Source of the DNA: Sphagnum compactum
Lineage: Eukaryota
DNA length: 64,000 bases
Direction: 5' to 3'
NCBI GenBank assembly: GCA_965153455.1
Contig: OZ234493.1
Location: 11,150,213 to 11,214,212 of the forward strand
The stretch's first letter is position 1; the number at the start of each line of letters is the position of its first letter. Below are positions 50,201 to 62,780 of the stretch, in pieces. Both the position numbers and the translations under genes were made by a program. The notes under the pieces are model-generated. The model was given only the letters and a program-made list of their open reading frames with translations, ran no database searches and was not told the origin of the DNA.

Positions 50201-53200
50201 GCCCCCTTGGGGATCCACCTGTCACTAAAAGCTTCTGTTTTGTGTACTAATTATGCAGTTAAATGTCAAGATAGGTGGGAGAAAAATGCAAGCATCTTCA
50301 GTACAATTTGAGCAGTGGTTAGTACTAAACTTCTGCCCAACTTCTTTCCTGTATGTGGACCCATCCATCATCAACACCACCACCACCACCACCACCTCTG
50401 CCCATACCTCGTTATCACATGTGTTGAAAGAGAGAGGAGTCCGTAGTACTTGTCTTTCTTTTTGAAACTTGCTCCTGGATTCCATTTTGTCTTCTTTCAT
50501 TCAACCTTTTGAAAAAAAAAAAGTTCGTCTTAAAGGTCAATTTTTTGAAATTTTGACATGAGAATCACCTAATACACATCCACTAGCAAATGAGTCGAAC
50601 TTTTTTAATATACCCAACCTGAGAACCACCTTGTGTTGTGGAACTTCTTTTAATTATGAGGGAAATGAAGGAGCTTTGCTGACTTTCCATTGACAATCCT
50701 TACTACTTAGCATTGCATTGGCTCTTCAAAATCTCCGCCTGTTTTGGTCACATGATTTTTAGTGGGACTATTTGGGCTTATTCTCGTGAAGTTGCACAAG
50801 TCAAGCAACTTCATTGGAGGGAGAATATATCATAATATAGAGTTATCTTCTTCATGTGTAGGCAAGTTGGTGCATCTTGTGAAAACGTCATTCAACATAG
50901 AAGTTCAAGTGTGCAAGGCAAAAGGGTTTAGGGTTTAGAGATAACATACCTGGATGAAACAAATGTTTACAAAGGCAATATAAGGAGGGTATCGACTTTT
51001 ATCAAAATGATATTCGACCGAATGAGTTTTGACAAGACTCTTCAACATTAGTACCAAAGGGGCTTGGGGTCTCCAATCCATTCTTACAAAAATTGTTACA
51101 TAATAGATTGATTTTCAATACCTTGCCTTAGACCTGACCAAATATTTGAATCAATTTTCAATATTTGATTGACATCAGTTTCAACAAAATTTAATTTGAG
51201 AGAGAATTTGATGTGAAGATGAGAAAAAACAAAATGATAGAAAATTAGGGTGTTGAGGGCATGGGGAGAAGTGGGCTTTCACCCACATCATTCATAATTA
51301 TAATTCAATTTCTTTTAAAGATGTACATAGAAGTTTGATGGTTGGGTTTGGTGGATCTTTATTGGGTTCAAAACAAGCTTATGACCTATTATTCCATCAA
51401 AAAGATTTAACAATTGTGATCCTTGCATTTGTGCTTTCAATGGGGCTTGTATCACTTTTTCAATGTATGCGAACTTACACACTTCCCTAGGATTCACAAT
51501 TGCATGGACCTAATGTCGTGTTGTTAGCAATACTTTTTAGCAAAAATTAGTAATTAGATTTATCAATATGTTCATTGAATGTATTGCTACTTGGTCCTTG
51601 TCTTAACCTATTAGCATAGATACCATGTAACTAATTACATTGGCATGATACATTTCCAACTTGCAAGAAAATACACACAAACATGAAACTAGAGAATGAA
51701 AGGAAAAAGACATCTACATTTCTTATCAAAAAACATTTCCATTGTTTATTTTTTTTTTTTCAACAACAGAGACTCATCCTTCCTTCTCATTCTATTACAT
51801 CATAATCCTTTTCTTCTCTTTCATTCACCAAACTTTTTAGAAAAATCTTCTCCCAAAATGAACAATCACAGCTTTCTTGATTTACCTTTTAAATAGTTCA
51901 ATAGATGGTTGTACCTCTCTAACTACTTCTACACGAACAAATTAATTTAACATAGTCATGTTGGTTAGTTATTTTAGTTGACTTGCTTAACTAGGCTTTT
52001 GTTATGTTTATTTGAGTCACTATGACAAGTCAATCAACTTTTCTACTATGTCTAACCAACCATCTTATTCTAGCTCATCAACTTACCCAATTAATCATTT
52101 CTAGTATTTACTATGCTAAAACTTCTTTTCATTACATTTGTTGCCCAATGTTTTGGAATGTAATGAACCTATAAGTGATGAAGTAAGTCAAATGATAATG
52201 GAATGCACATGGCAAACCATGAGCAAAACATGCATGAAAACTAGAATTGCATGACATGGAGTCCACATCTTTTAACCCACAACTTTAGACCAAATTAAAT
52301 AAGTGTTGATTTGGTGTCTTAGAGCATATCCATCCACACCTAGCATGTGGGCCTCTGGCATTGTCCACCACGTCCAAAATAATGTGCAAGATGTTTTCTA
52401 TCCTCACCCATAAACATGAAATTTTGGACATTGCAAGCTAAGGAACAATTAAATCGCATACATATGTTCATCTATTGTTGCACATGCAAGGCTTTTTCTT
52501 CAATTCTCCAAATCCAAATGTTTCAGAAGGAGGATTAATACCAACTATTAGGTAGATGGAACACACCTACTTTTCTTTACAAAATCTCAAAAACTTATAT
52601 GGAAGAAAAATAATAAAACAATGACATGTTTTGAGCACATTAATGAATTGGTGAGGATGCAAATCATAGATCTTGTTATAATGTAATAGAAACCCCATCC
52701 ATGCATCCACCATAATCCTTATTTGTTGTTGCACAATATTTGAATGACACAACCCAAGAGGATTTCTCTTCCAACTTTGTCCTTGGAAATTTTTAAATGA
52801 ACAACATACAAAACATGTTGATGATAAGAAGAATTTATGATTTTTCATGTGTTTTAAGGATGTGGTTTCAATTTGGTTCCACATTTTTGAAGAATGTCCA
52901 TAAAATGTTAGGGTAAATTGGCCCATCACCAAACACTCATATAAGGAAAGAGCAAGCTTATTATAGAACTTGCAAAACTTCATGAACGTTGTAAACCTTA
53001 CTTATGATCGAACAATTGAATGTGAATGATTAAGTTTTTCAAATTTTCAAATTTTGACTAGGGAAATGATTTTACATTTGACTATAAGTGTATCCTTGGA
53101 CATATATGTATAAAGAGGGTTGCTTTAAAGTGTGATAATGTTAATGATGGGTAATGAAATAAACACAAAAATGAAAAGAAGTAAATGTCAATATGCAAGG

Positions 53201-53789
53201 TTTATAATAGGGGATTACTTACTTTTAGTGTTTGGTTATGGAACATGATGTGAACCTATTTTATAGAAGCCCAAGTTTAGAGTGAAAAAAAGAATTTGGT
53301 GATGGGTATTGAATTGAACATAGAAATGAGGAAAAATCAAATTTAATACGCAAAGCCCAAAACATGGCTTATTTTTAATATTTGGTTATGGGAATGAATT
53401 AGGGTAGGAAGTTGACTTTTCAATTACCTTGCAATAGCTAAACATGAAAGTTGTAAAAGTAATACAAACTAAGCCTACACCTTTTCAAAATTGAATGTTA
53501 AGGAATAGTTAGTAGTATTGGTTTATGTTGACATCCTAAAATGAACATTCGTCAAGAAAAAGAACTAGATATTAACCAAACACAAAGATTAACTACACAC
53601 TCCTACTAGAGCTTCCCATATAACAAACATAACTACAATGTAGATCACATATGGAATTAAGATGAAACAAAAATCCAAGCAAGCAAATAATTAAGTTTTT
53701 GGTCACACAAAGTATATAACACAATATCCAAATTTAAGGAATGGTTGACTATTAATTTGTTGTTAATGTAGTCAATATATTTTTATTAG

Positions 53790-54260
53790 TGTTTTATATC
53801 TTTAGGTGAGAGAGATTGCATGATGATTACATAAACCAAGAGATGTATGGTTACGTAAAAAAAACATAGATGATCAATTTCATTTCCAAAAAATGGCTAT
53901 ATTATTTTGATAGATTGATACCAAATGGAAATTTTCTAAGTAATATGCATTTGTTGGTTTTAAATGGGCACAAATTTCATGTCACCTTAAAGGCAATTGA
54001 ACAAACATAAAATTTTGGGTTAGACATGAACACTTTACTTTGACATACATCCCATGCACTTTCACCTTTAAATGTGGCTTGTTTCAAACCTTTTTTATAG
54101 ACAATTTTAAAAAGATAGAAAGATGGTTAAAGGTTAGTAACAATTATTATTACTTTGGTAGGGTGGGTAGACAAAACAACGTTGACCAAGAAAACATAAT
54201 ATTTGAGTTTAAATTTATAGGGTTTTGGTCTCATAACCTTAAGGTCATGGAAGAAAAAAA
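53790..54260 (+). mobile_element. pogo/Fot1-type DDE_1 transposase remnant
   Basis: HLLVLNGHKFHVTLKAIEQ (compare LLxLDGHxSH) and LDMNTLL*HTSHALSPLNVACFKPF (compare LPxHTSHxLQPLDVxxFKPF). Confidence 0.82.
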
Positions 54261-55149
54261 AAACTTTAACATCTTGTATACATCAATCAATATGAGTAGG
54301 GAAGAAGGGGATGATACCATATCAAATGGAGAAAATGAAATTATGTTATGAGAAGAATATTTTGTTGTAGTAAAATAATCAATATTGCAACAATTACAAA
54401 TCATAAATCAACTACTAATGATGTGTTTCAAAATCACCTTAGGTACTATGTAAATATGCTTAAAAGTCCAACAACCACAAAGTTTTAAGAAGTCACAACA
54501 AATCCACCAAATTTGGTTATGGACATAAATGACCCTACATCAAAGGTGGAAATAGAAATTAATAATGTTGAGTGTTTGAATAAAGAACATTATCGATTAG
54601 CAATATGTTGTCCTTGCCATATCTACTTGTAAGAAGGACAAATGGTAGAGATGCATTAGTCAAGTATTCAAAAAGCCATGTGGTAATTTCATATTGATAT
54701 TTAACATCATGTCACAAAAGGCAATTGAAATGAAAAAGTATAAACAATTAAACAAAATCAAAAGAAGGAAAGGTAAAAAAAAAAGCTACTAGAGCTTTGA
54801 TATCAGTAACATGGGTTAAAAAAGTAGCTCGAAGGGAACTTGAAGAACAACAATGAGCAAATTGCATTTTAGCTTGGTTAGCCAATGAAATCTCAACAAT
54901 AGGACACAAATTTCACCACAATTTCCAAGTTGGAATGTGAGTTCACTCATTTGGTGATAAAAGGGGTTAAAATGGATGGATAATAGAAGGTCAAAGCTTG
55001 GTTAAATAAGAAGCAAAGACCCAACAACAAGCAAATAAAAAGACAAGACACATCTACAATAACCTCAAATAGATAATTGATAAGCAAGAGAAAGAAGGGG
55101 GGAAACTATTCTAGCGTACCAACAAGATGAGAGGATCATGATCATAGAA

Positions 55150-56300
55150 TAAGGATCACAACTAGCATGATGGGAAGAACAAGGCAATGAGAATCAAAAC
55201 AAAGGTGAAAAAAGGTTTGAAAGTTCATATAAACACAAGAAGAGGACAAACACGTGACAAACAAAGAGAGGGGGAATTGTGCAACAAAGACGAAGATGAA
55301 CATGAAGAGGGGTATTAGGAGCTCCTATAAGTAGAAGATGAAGAAAAACAAGATAAATAGGAAGATAGGAAGTTTGGAAGCTCTTGCAAACATAAGACGA
55401 AAACAAATGTTACAAACATGAAAAGAGGGAGTTGTTGCAACAAAGATGAAGATGAATAAGATGATTAAAGGGGCCCAATAATTCTATAATCACATGACAA
55501 AGACAAATAGGATGAATATGAAGGGGGAGAGCAAAAAGTTCCTATAAATAAAAACATATAAATGTGATGAATAGGAAAAAGGAGAGCTTTTGTAAGCATA
55601 AGACAAAGAAGAAAGGGGGAAGGGTTTGGAGCTCTTGTAAGCACAAAACAAAGGCGAAAACAATAAACAAGAAAAAAGGGAAGCTCTCACAATAAAGACA
55701 AATGGAATGAACCAAAATCTCTGGCAAGTATAAAACAAAGATGAACAAGAAAGGTAGGGGAGGTCAAGAGTTCTTGTAATCACAATTAAAAAACAAAAAC
55801 AATGAATAGAAAAGGAAGGAATTGTTGCAACAAATGTGAAGATGAAGATGATAAACAAGGAGGGGGGTAAGGCCAAGAGTTCATGTAAGCACAAGACAAA
55901 GAATAATGTGAAGGAGAGGAAAAGGGGGAAGGTGTGGAGTTTTTAGATACATAAGAAGAAGATGAACATGACACACAAGAAGGGAGTTGTTGCAACAAAT
56001 TGAAAAACAACAAATAAAAAGGGGTGAGATTAAAGTTGCAAAAATGAAAATGACGAAGATAAATAAAAAGGTAACAAAATGGAACATGAAAACAATGAAC
56101 CAATGCAAATGCCTCCATTTGTAGTCACAATGAAAACACAAGTTATAACGGTTGAAATATAAACATAAAGAACATGAACAGGACCATCACCCACATGTAC
56201 CTCAAGAGAGATTACCAAACATGAAGATGAAGAACATGTTGAAAATCAAGAGCAAGCTCACAATGTGAAAAAGAAGTTGAGCTTGCAAGAGAAGAGAAGA
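55150..56300. repeat. Purine-rich degenerate repeat tract
   Basis: Recurrent 'gttgttgcaacaaa..gaagatgaa' and 'gagctcttgtaagcac' motifs; the Phe/Leu-rich minus-strand ORFs are low complexity. Confidence 0.6.
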
Positions 56301-56792
56301 AAACATAAATGTTGTCCATGTGTCAGCTTTGAAATGTGTGTTAGAAGGGGCTCTATTGCTTGAAGTCAAGGGTGTGGGACATTTGATGAGGATTTTGTTT
56401 TAGGCAACAAGACCCTCCCTTACTTTAAGGCGCCATATCTTGAGCGTCCCTGAACCAAATTGCGCAATCTAATGAGCATCAAAAGCGCGCAGAGCAGCTC
56501 TATAATCCATATTGGACCCCAAAGGTAGTTGACCCTGATTGAGATCACAAATCTCATCAATGCTATGTTCCATTAGAGTACCAAGTTGTTGCAAGGTTTA
56601 TGATGATTCAAGAGTTGATTCAAGAGTTGAAAAATGTTTTTAAACAACCTAAACTTGGTCCAAGACAAATAATTGTTTTTTTCTCTCTAAGGTTGCAGGA
56701 TTGTCTTAGACAAATTAATTGCAATTTCTATTCTGAGATAAGCCTGCCCTGCAACTTAAAAATATATTTCATTTGAGAATGCACCTGTAGAT

Positions 56793-57467
56793 TTAGCTTG
56801 GTGGAACATTGGAGATGAAAGTCTTCAACGAGGTTGTTGTGGTTTCAGAGTCAAGAGACGCTCCAGCAGGAGCTAGAGCGAATCCAATTCCATGTCTGGA
56901 GTTGGTCTTGAAGCCGGAGATTGCTATGACCGATAGCACCAGACCCACCAAAGGTATGGACTTCACAATGGAGGTGGTGATTCCAGGGTAGAGACAAGTA
57001 GTTATAGGAGGTGTCAAGAGCGAGACAACCACAAGAGCTGTGACGGAGATGGCAGCATTCACGAAATCGCTAAACTTGAGCGTGTATTTCTTCTTATCGT
57101 CGCTACTTAGGCCTGTGAACATGCAGCCCTTCACACCCGCGATGTTGGCAGTCTTGAAATTGGGATTCCACATTCCTCTGGTAGTCACGAATCCGTAGTA
57201 CACTGTGCCATTCTTGTCCTTGCAGCTGTCTGTGAAGGACGTGAAAAAACAAACGAGGCTGAGGACCGAGATGGTGACGGCGGTCAGCACTTTCTCCGTG
57301 CCATGACAGTCTCCATTGTTGGTTGCCAATGGTGCTAGCGCTTGAAGCAGCAGAAAAGTACCGGTAGGAAGCACATTCGCCAATTTGGTGAAAACATCTG
57401 CTGTCGACTCGCGAGATCTCACAAGCTTTACCACTTTGGTGACAATGAATCTCAACACTTTGCTCAT
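56793..57467 (-). CDS. DMP: DUF679 membrane protein (DMP family), 224 aa, intronless
   Basis: LANVLPTGTFL..APLATNNGDC, CFFTSFTDS..GTVYYGFVTTRGMW, YTLKFSDFVNA, CLYPG and SRHGIGF are DMP hallmark motifs. The first in-frame ATG is at 57467, with an in-frame TGA upstream. Confidence 0.92.
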   Translation of the reverse strand: MSKVLRFIVTKVVKLVRSRESTADVFTKLANVLPTGTFLLLQALAPLATNNGDCHGTEKVLTAVTISVLSLVCFFTSFTDSCKDKNGTVYYGFVTTRGMWNPNFKTANIAGVKGCMFTGLSSDDKKKYTLKFSDFVNAAISVTALVVVSLLTPPITTCLYPGITTSIVKSIPLVGLVLSVIAISGFKTNSRHGIGFALAPAGASLDSETTTTSLKTFISNVPPS

Positions 57468-58141
57468 CTCGACGGAAGGTGTCGAGGCCGCCGATTGACC
57501 ATCCACCACTGTTGTTGAAGCTTTTCAAGACAGCAGCAACTGTGCAAAATGATCAGGCCGAATTCTCAACTGTAGACCAGGACACCCAATATCTCCGACA
57601 GATCGAGGCTACTAGCTGGGTTCAATCACAATGACAAAAATACTCTCCTTTCGAAACCAACTGCAACAGTTTGTTCTTCGAGATTGTTTCTGGAGTCTCA
57701 TGAGAGCTGGAAACCTTACACCCAAAATCTCCGACAAATTGATACACTTATAGATTGCAATGAAAGCTGCAGATCGAGACGACTGGGGTTCAATCTTCAC
57801 AATTATAAAATAAAAAAACCTTTCTTCTTTTGAAATTACCATTTATTGCAGTGACATCATGTTGTTCGAGCTCATCAATTCACGTTTCTTGAGGCTTAAT
57901 ATTCTGAGAACGTGAGATTGATAATTTCTGGAGTCGAAGAACGTGATATTCTCCGGGGTGATCTGAGCTAGCTAGACTCACTCGAATCTATTTCTGTCAA
58001 GTAGGCGAAGGAAGGTCAAGCACGCTAGCTGCATCTAATCTTGTCAGATCTTTAGGGCTTCCAAAAGCGCAACATTAGTAAACTAGAATTGTAGTCCAGC
58101 GACCAAAAAAACCACGTTTTTGTATCTTGGAATCTCACCTC

Positions 58142-58156
58142 CCTTTCTCCCTCACT

Positions 58157-58188
<32 letters not shown>

Positions 58189-58332
58189 GTGACTCCCCCA
58201 ATTGAAAACACTTTCTCCCTCACTCACACACACACACACACACACACATAATGACTCCCCCAATTGAAAACACTTTCTCCCTTACTCACACACACACACA
58301 CACACACATAGTGACTCCCCCAATTGAAAACA
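58142..58332. repeat. Three tandem units, each containing a (CA)n microsatellite
   Basis: ctttctccct.actc(ac)n.ata.tgactcccccaattgaaaaca x3. Confidence 0.92.
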
Positions 58333-58559
58333 TATTCGCTTACAGACTCCTTGCTTTTTGAAAAACTTGTCAAAAATTGGAAATTATTTGTTTGCCACAT
58401 TTCCACTCTAGTTTTGGTAGAAATTTGGTTTGCATTAAAGCTATCTATAAAGTCAGGCGAGAACGGCCAGTTTTGGCATAATAGGCCATCAAATGCGGAA
58501 CTGCTAATGAAATTTTACAAAACAAAATAACTGGGACTCAAACTAGTTTTTCCACCAGT

Positions 58560-59100
58560 TTTGGTGGTAAATTGAGTTTCATTCCCTTTTTTCCTTTCCT
58601 CAGCACCTTCACTGTTTCTACATATATTTTCACTGCTCCTATCTGTACAACTATTATAGTTACTCTCTAACCTTGTGCATTAAATGCTGAGTTTTAGTAT
58701 TTCATACTGAGATTTAATAAAATTTCCTTACTTTGCATTTACCATTGAAAGAGGGGATAGGGGGTGAAGTCACCTTGTCTTTGGGCCTTCTTTCACCCCA
58801 AACCCTTCTTTCAATGCTATCCATAAAGTAATGAAATTTTATTAAATCTGAGAATGAAACGCTGAAAATCAACATTTAATGGACAACGTTCAAAACTAAT
58901 TCGAGTAGCTTTACAAGTAAGAGCAGTGAAAATATATGCAGCAACAGTGGAGGCCCTCCCCCCCCCCCCCCCCCCCCCAATGCTAATGTTCTTTTTTTTT
59001 TCTTTTTTTTTGGGTGTAGGTTTTTATTTTTTTGAATCTCATCATATTTATGATCAAAGTCAGTGTTCTAGTGCTGTTTTCCTTACTTTATAGATAATTT
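58560..59100. mobile_element. Two head-to-head copies of repeat family A forming an inverted repeat
   Basis: Arm 58600-58768 is the diverged reverse complement of 58792-58956; both match 6517-6900. Confidence 0.8.
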
Positions 59101-59652
59101 TATTTTATACGTTGAATGACCATACTATTTTGCGAAGTCATATTAATTAGTTGTGGGAGTATGTTTTAGGATTTTTTTTAGTGCATTTCTAGGTTGCCTA
59201 TAGGCTGATAAGGAGAGGGTATATGTATACCCTTGATCAGTGTTTCTCAAAAATCAACTAACCAGTCTAGAACCTTAACCAAGGTTCTAAACAATCAAAG
59301 TCAAAACATGGAGTGGTGTATAGTACAACCCATCCATGAGCTATAGTAGAAGAAATTCCATAGCTATGGAATATGATAATAGACTTTATTGGCACCTGTT
59401 TCTGTTTGCTTTTTCCATTGCAACAATATTCCAGCCAGGGGAAGAAGGGGGAAGAGAAGTCTCCACAATATTGTAGAACCTTGACAAATTTGACACATGT
59501 TTGTCAATTAATTAATTAATTTAGAGATATTCATTTTGACAAACTGAATATTCTTGAAATTTCAATATTTTCCTTCACATCATTTTGTTCTTTGAAAAAT
59601 GTTCACAAATTTTGAACATTCCAACAGTTCTGAAAACAGCACCTATAACTAA

Positions 59653-60063
59653 TCTATCTATGAAGGAAGGTAGTTTGTTTTGTTTTGTTTTGTAGACCTG
59701 GGGTACTTCAGATCATGTTCTTGGTGTCTCTGGAAAGCTCTCAATGAGGAGGGGTGCATGGGCTTGGTTCCATGGTGTTTGGACTTCCAGTGCAAAAGTT
59801 TTTGAATATTGAAATTTTTTTTCACTGAAAATTAAATTAAGTTGTAGCTGGAAATTTTGGAGGAGTTGGAATGTGCCTTTGGTGTTGTTGGAAAGATCTT
59901 GATGAGCAGGAGTTAATGGAATTTATGTAGTAAGATTTGGATTCAGAATGTGGGAGATATTAATTTTAAAGTGATTCAAATAAATTCCCAAAAACCTGGT
60001 TTTGGAAGGAAAAATCAGTTGAGGACATGGTAACACTTGGGCCAACAGCACAAGCCACACTAG
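59653..60063 (+). mobile_element. Non-autonomous Helitron-like element
   Basis: A|TC start (59653), CTAG|T end (60060-60063), weak GC-rich hairpin-like tgggccaacagcacaagccaca just before the end, no TSD. Confidence 0.45.
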
Positions 60064-60268
60064 TTAGTGTTATACTTAATTAGTGTTGTTGAAGCTGATT
60101 ATGGTAGTTAACCGACATAATGTTTTGTCCAATTGAATCCAGTACGTCTCAACTTCTGCAACTTCAAAAGCTTTAGGAGTTGAGGATTGGGGATGGACTC
60201 TAGCAGGTTTGGATTTTCACTTGTCTGCTCCATCTCGATTCTCTACGAACTAAATATATCAGTCGTTG

Positions 60269-60491
60269 ACAAACAAGTACTCTATCACTTTTGATGAGAG
60301 CTTTGAGAAGACAACCCTCTGGGAAAGGAGGCCCCACAATCTTTAGTGTACCAATTGTAGCACGCAAGAAGGTCAATCACAAACAAGTACTCTATCACTT
60401 TTGATGAGAGCTTTGAGAAGACAACCCTCTGGGAAAGGAGGCCACACAATCTTTAGAGTACCAATAGTAGTAGCACGCAAGAAGGTCAATC
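60269..60491. repeat. 110-bp tandem duplication
   Basis: acaaacaagtactctatcac...gcacgcaagaaggtcaatc at 60269 and 60379. Confidence 0.95.
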
Positions 60492-60621
60492 GCGTGGTTT
60501 TGACAAAGTATAGAAAATATGAACAAGATTCGTTTAATTAGCACACCTCAAGCACATTGTTTTGACAAAGGGTAGAGCTAGCTATACACGGTTTGCTACA
60601 TCTAGCACTCTATGCACACAA

Positions 60622-60957
60622 TAGAGTTATCCGTAAATTAAGACAAACACAGCACCAGAACCCTAAGTTTGGTCATACAGAGGGTGAGACTCAAAAAAAA
60701 CCTGCAAAAAAGTAGATTAGCATTCAAGGGGGGGATGAAACTCAGAAAACCATCAATCTTCGTGGTAAACTGAGTTTCATCCTGTCTTTCCTTTTTCCTG
60801 AGCGCCTCCACTGCTGCTACATATATTTTCACTGCTCTTAGCTGTACAACTACTATAATTAGTCTCGAACCTTGTGCATTAAATGCTGAGTTTCAGCATT
60901 TCGTACTGCGTTGCAGCATTTTATACTGAGATTTAATAAAATGTCCTTACTTTGCAG
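60622..60957 (-). mobile_element. Repeat family A copy
   Basis: The reverse complement aligns to 6570-6900. Confidence 0.8.
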
Positions 60958-61249
60958 CTGTCGGACTCACAATTGGGTCATGTTGGATGTTATTTAACTC
61001 TAACATATGGAATACATTTGGTCGATCAAATTGGCAAGTCAACTTTTGCTTTTTCACCAAGTTCAGTTTGCAAAGTTGCCAACCCCACATCACCAGTTGC
61101 CAACTTCACATTGCCAACTTGCCAAGTGCACTAAACTGCTTGAAATGCTCTTCAAACTGTGCAGAATTAGAATTTTACAAGCTGCTCATCTTCCGAATGG
61201 CTGATGGGTGAAATTGACTAACCAATTGGAATTTTTTTTGGATGGAGAG

Positions 61250-62780
61250 AACATGACCCCAAGCAATGGATGAAACTAATTTAAATGGATGAATTTAAAT
61301 CCAGTGATTGGATGCATCTGGTGTATTAATTATGGACCCAAATGTAATTATGGAAATTTGATGGATGTGAAATGAACTTATTAGATGAATTATTTCCTTA
61401 GTGGATGAATGGAACAATCTAATGAAATTTCATGCTTTTTCAAATTGAATGGTATATTGCTTCGAGTTTTACTTCATCCATTAAAAATTTGTCTAGATTC
61501 CATGAATGGAATATCATCCATGGATGAATGGATGAACCTTCATTCATAGTTTTTTTTAAATGAAATTTCATGGACTTGAATATGTGTAGGCTTCTAGACT
61601 GAAAGTTTTGTGATATATTACAATGAAATAAAGTTTCGTACATAGGAAATATCATCTTGAATTTTATTTCATGCACAAAATATAGTTTGTTGACATTTTC
61701 ATTCCATGCATTAAAAGTTTGGCCATATTACATGAATGGACATCCATAAGATATCAATTGTGAATTTTCAATGGATGAATGGTTAAACTTTTATGGACAT
61801 AATTTTTTGAAATTTTAGGATGAAATCAAATTCATCCATATAATATTATAATTTGTATTTCATTCATGAAAGTTCTTCCAAATATCATTCATGAGATTTA
61901 GATGGCATTTTAATTCAATCATGTGGCAAGTTTTGTGGCCAACAAAACCCATATTAGCTAACATGTTTTCTCTCATCACATGAGTAACTAGTTTACTCTT
62001 AGCCCCAAACTACAACAACATTATATATATGATGACACTAAGTAGCCATGATGACAAGATGCATCAGCCAAATTGACAGACTAGCTATTGTGTCCAATGA
62101 ATAATATGAGTATGTACTTTGACTTTGTTACAACTATATTTAATAAACATATGTTTAAATTAAAAGTTTAAGTAGATTCATTGAAATACAAGCATATGTC
62201 AAAACCTACAAAATCGATTGTGAATAAATGAAATATTAATTTTTAAAAAAATCAACTCAATGGCACATTAAAAATGTAGTCATAGACTTTCAACTTTTTC
62301 ATATTATAATCAAAATATATTCAACTTTTAATGTAAAAATAAGTTTGAACACCATATTGATTACTTAGTTTCAAATGTATTTGTTACTTATTTTTAATAT
62401 GTTCAAAATTTTCAAATTCTATATTCAACTTATCATGATTTTGCGTTGTCATAATGAGATTTAAAAAGGTTTTGAATTTTTTTTTGGTCTTTCCACTTAA
62501 AATTGCCAAATTTAAAATTTTATTTTTGAACAAATTACTTTTGTTCCTTTTATTTTGCCATGTTTTCACATATTGAAATTTCCATGCATTAAAATTTAGC
62601 CATTTCATCAATTATAATTCATGGATGACATTTTATGGATGTTCATTCATGGAATCTACATGAATTTTGATGAATGAAATCATCTTTGAATGAATGAAAT
62701 AATATGGTCCAAACATTTTTCTAAGACCAATATTTTTTCTTGAAGAGTTCTTGAATTGAATTCATATGAGGAAGTTACAT
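61250..62780. repeat. Degenerate AT-rich repeat with many (a)tggatgaa / ttcatcca motifs in both orientations
   Basis: Dense tggatgaa and ttcatcca motifs, typical of transposon subterminal arrays; no coding signal. Confidence 0.5.

Noticed and set aside
42545-50940. Scattered (TTTAGGG)2-like motifs as interstitial telomere
   Set aside because: Only 2-3 units each (about 42545, 48940, 50925); these are common telo-box-type motifs.
50800-53000. Possible further TE coding remnant on the minus strand
   Set aside because: It looks like decayed coding DNA but has no diagnostic motif I could identify.
55194-56218. Hydrophobic minus-strand ORFs as membrane proteins
   Set aside because: They are antisense translations of a purine-rich repeat tract.
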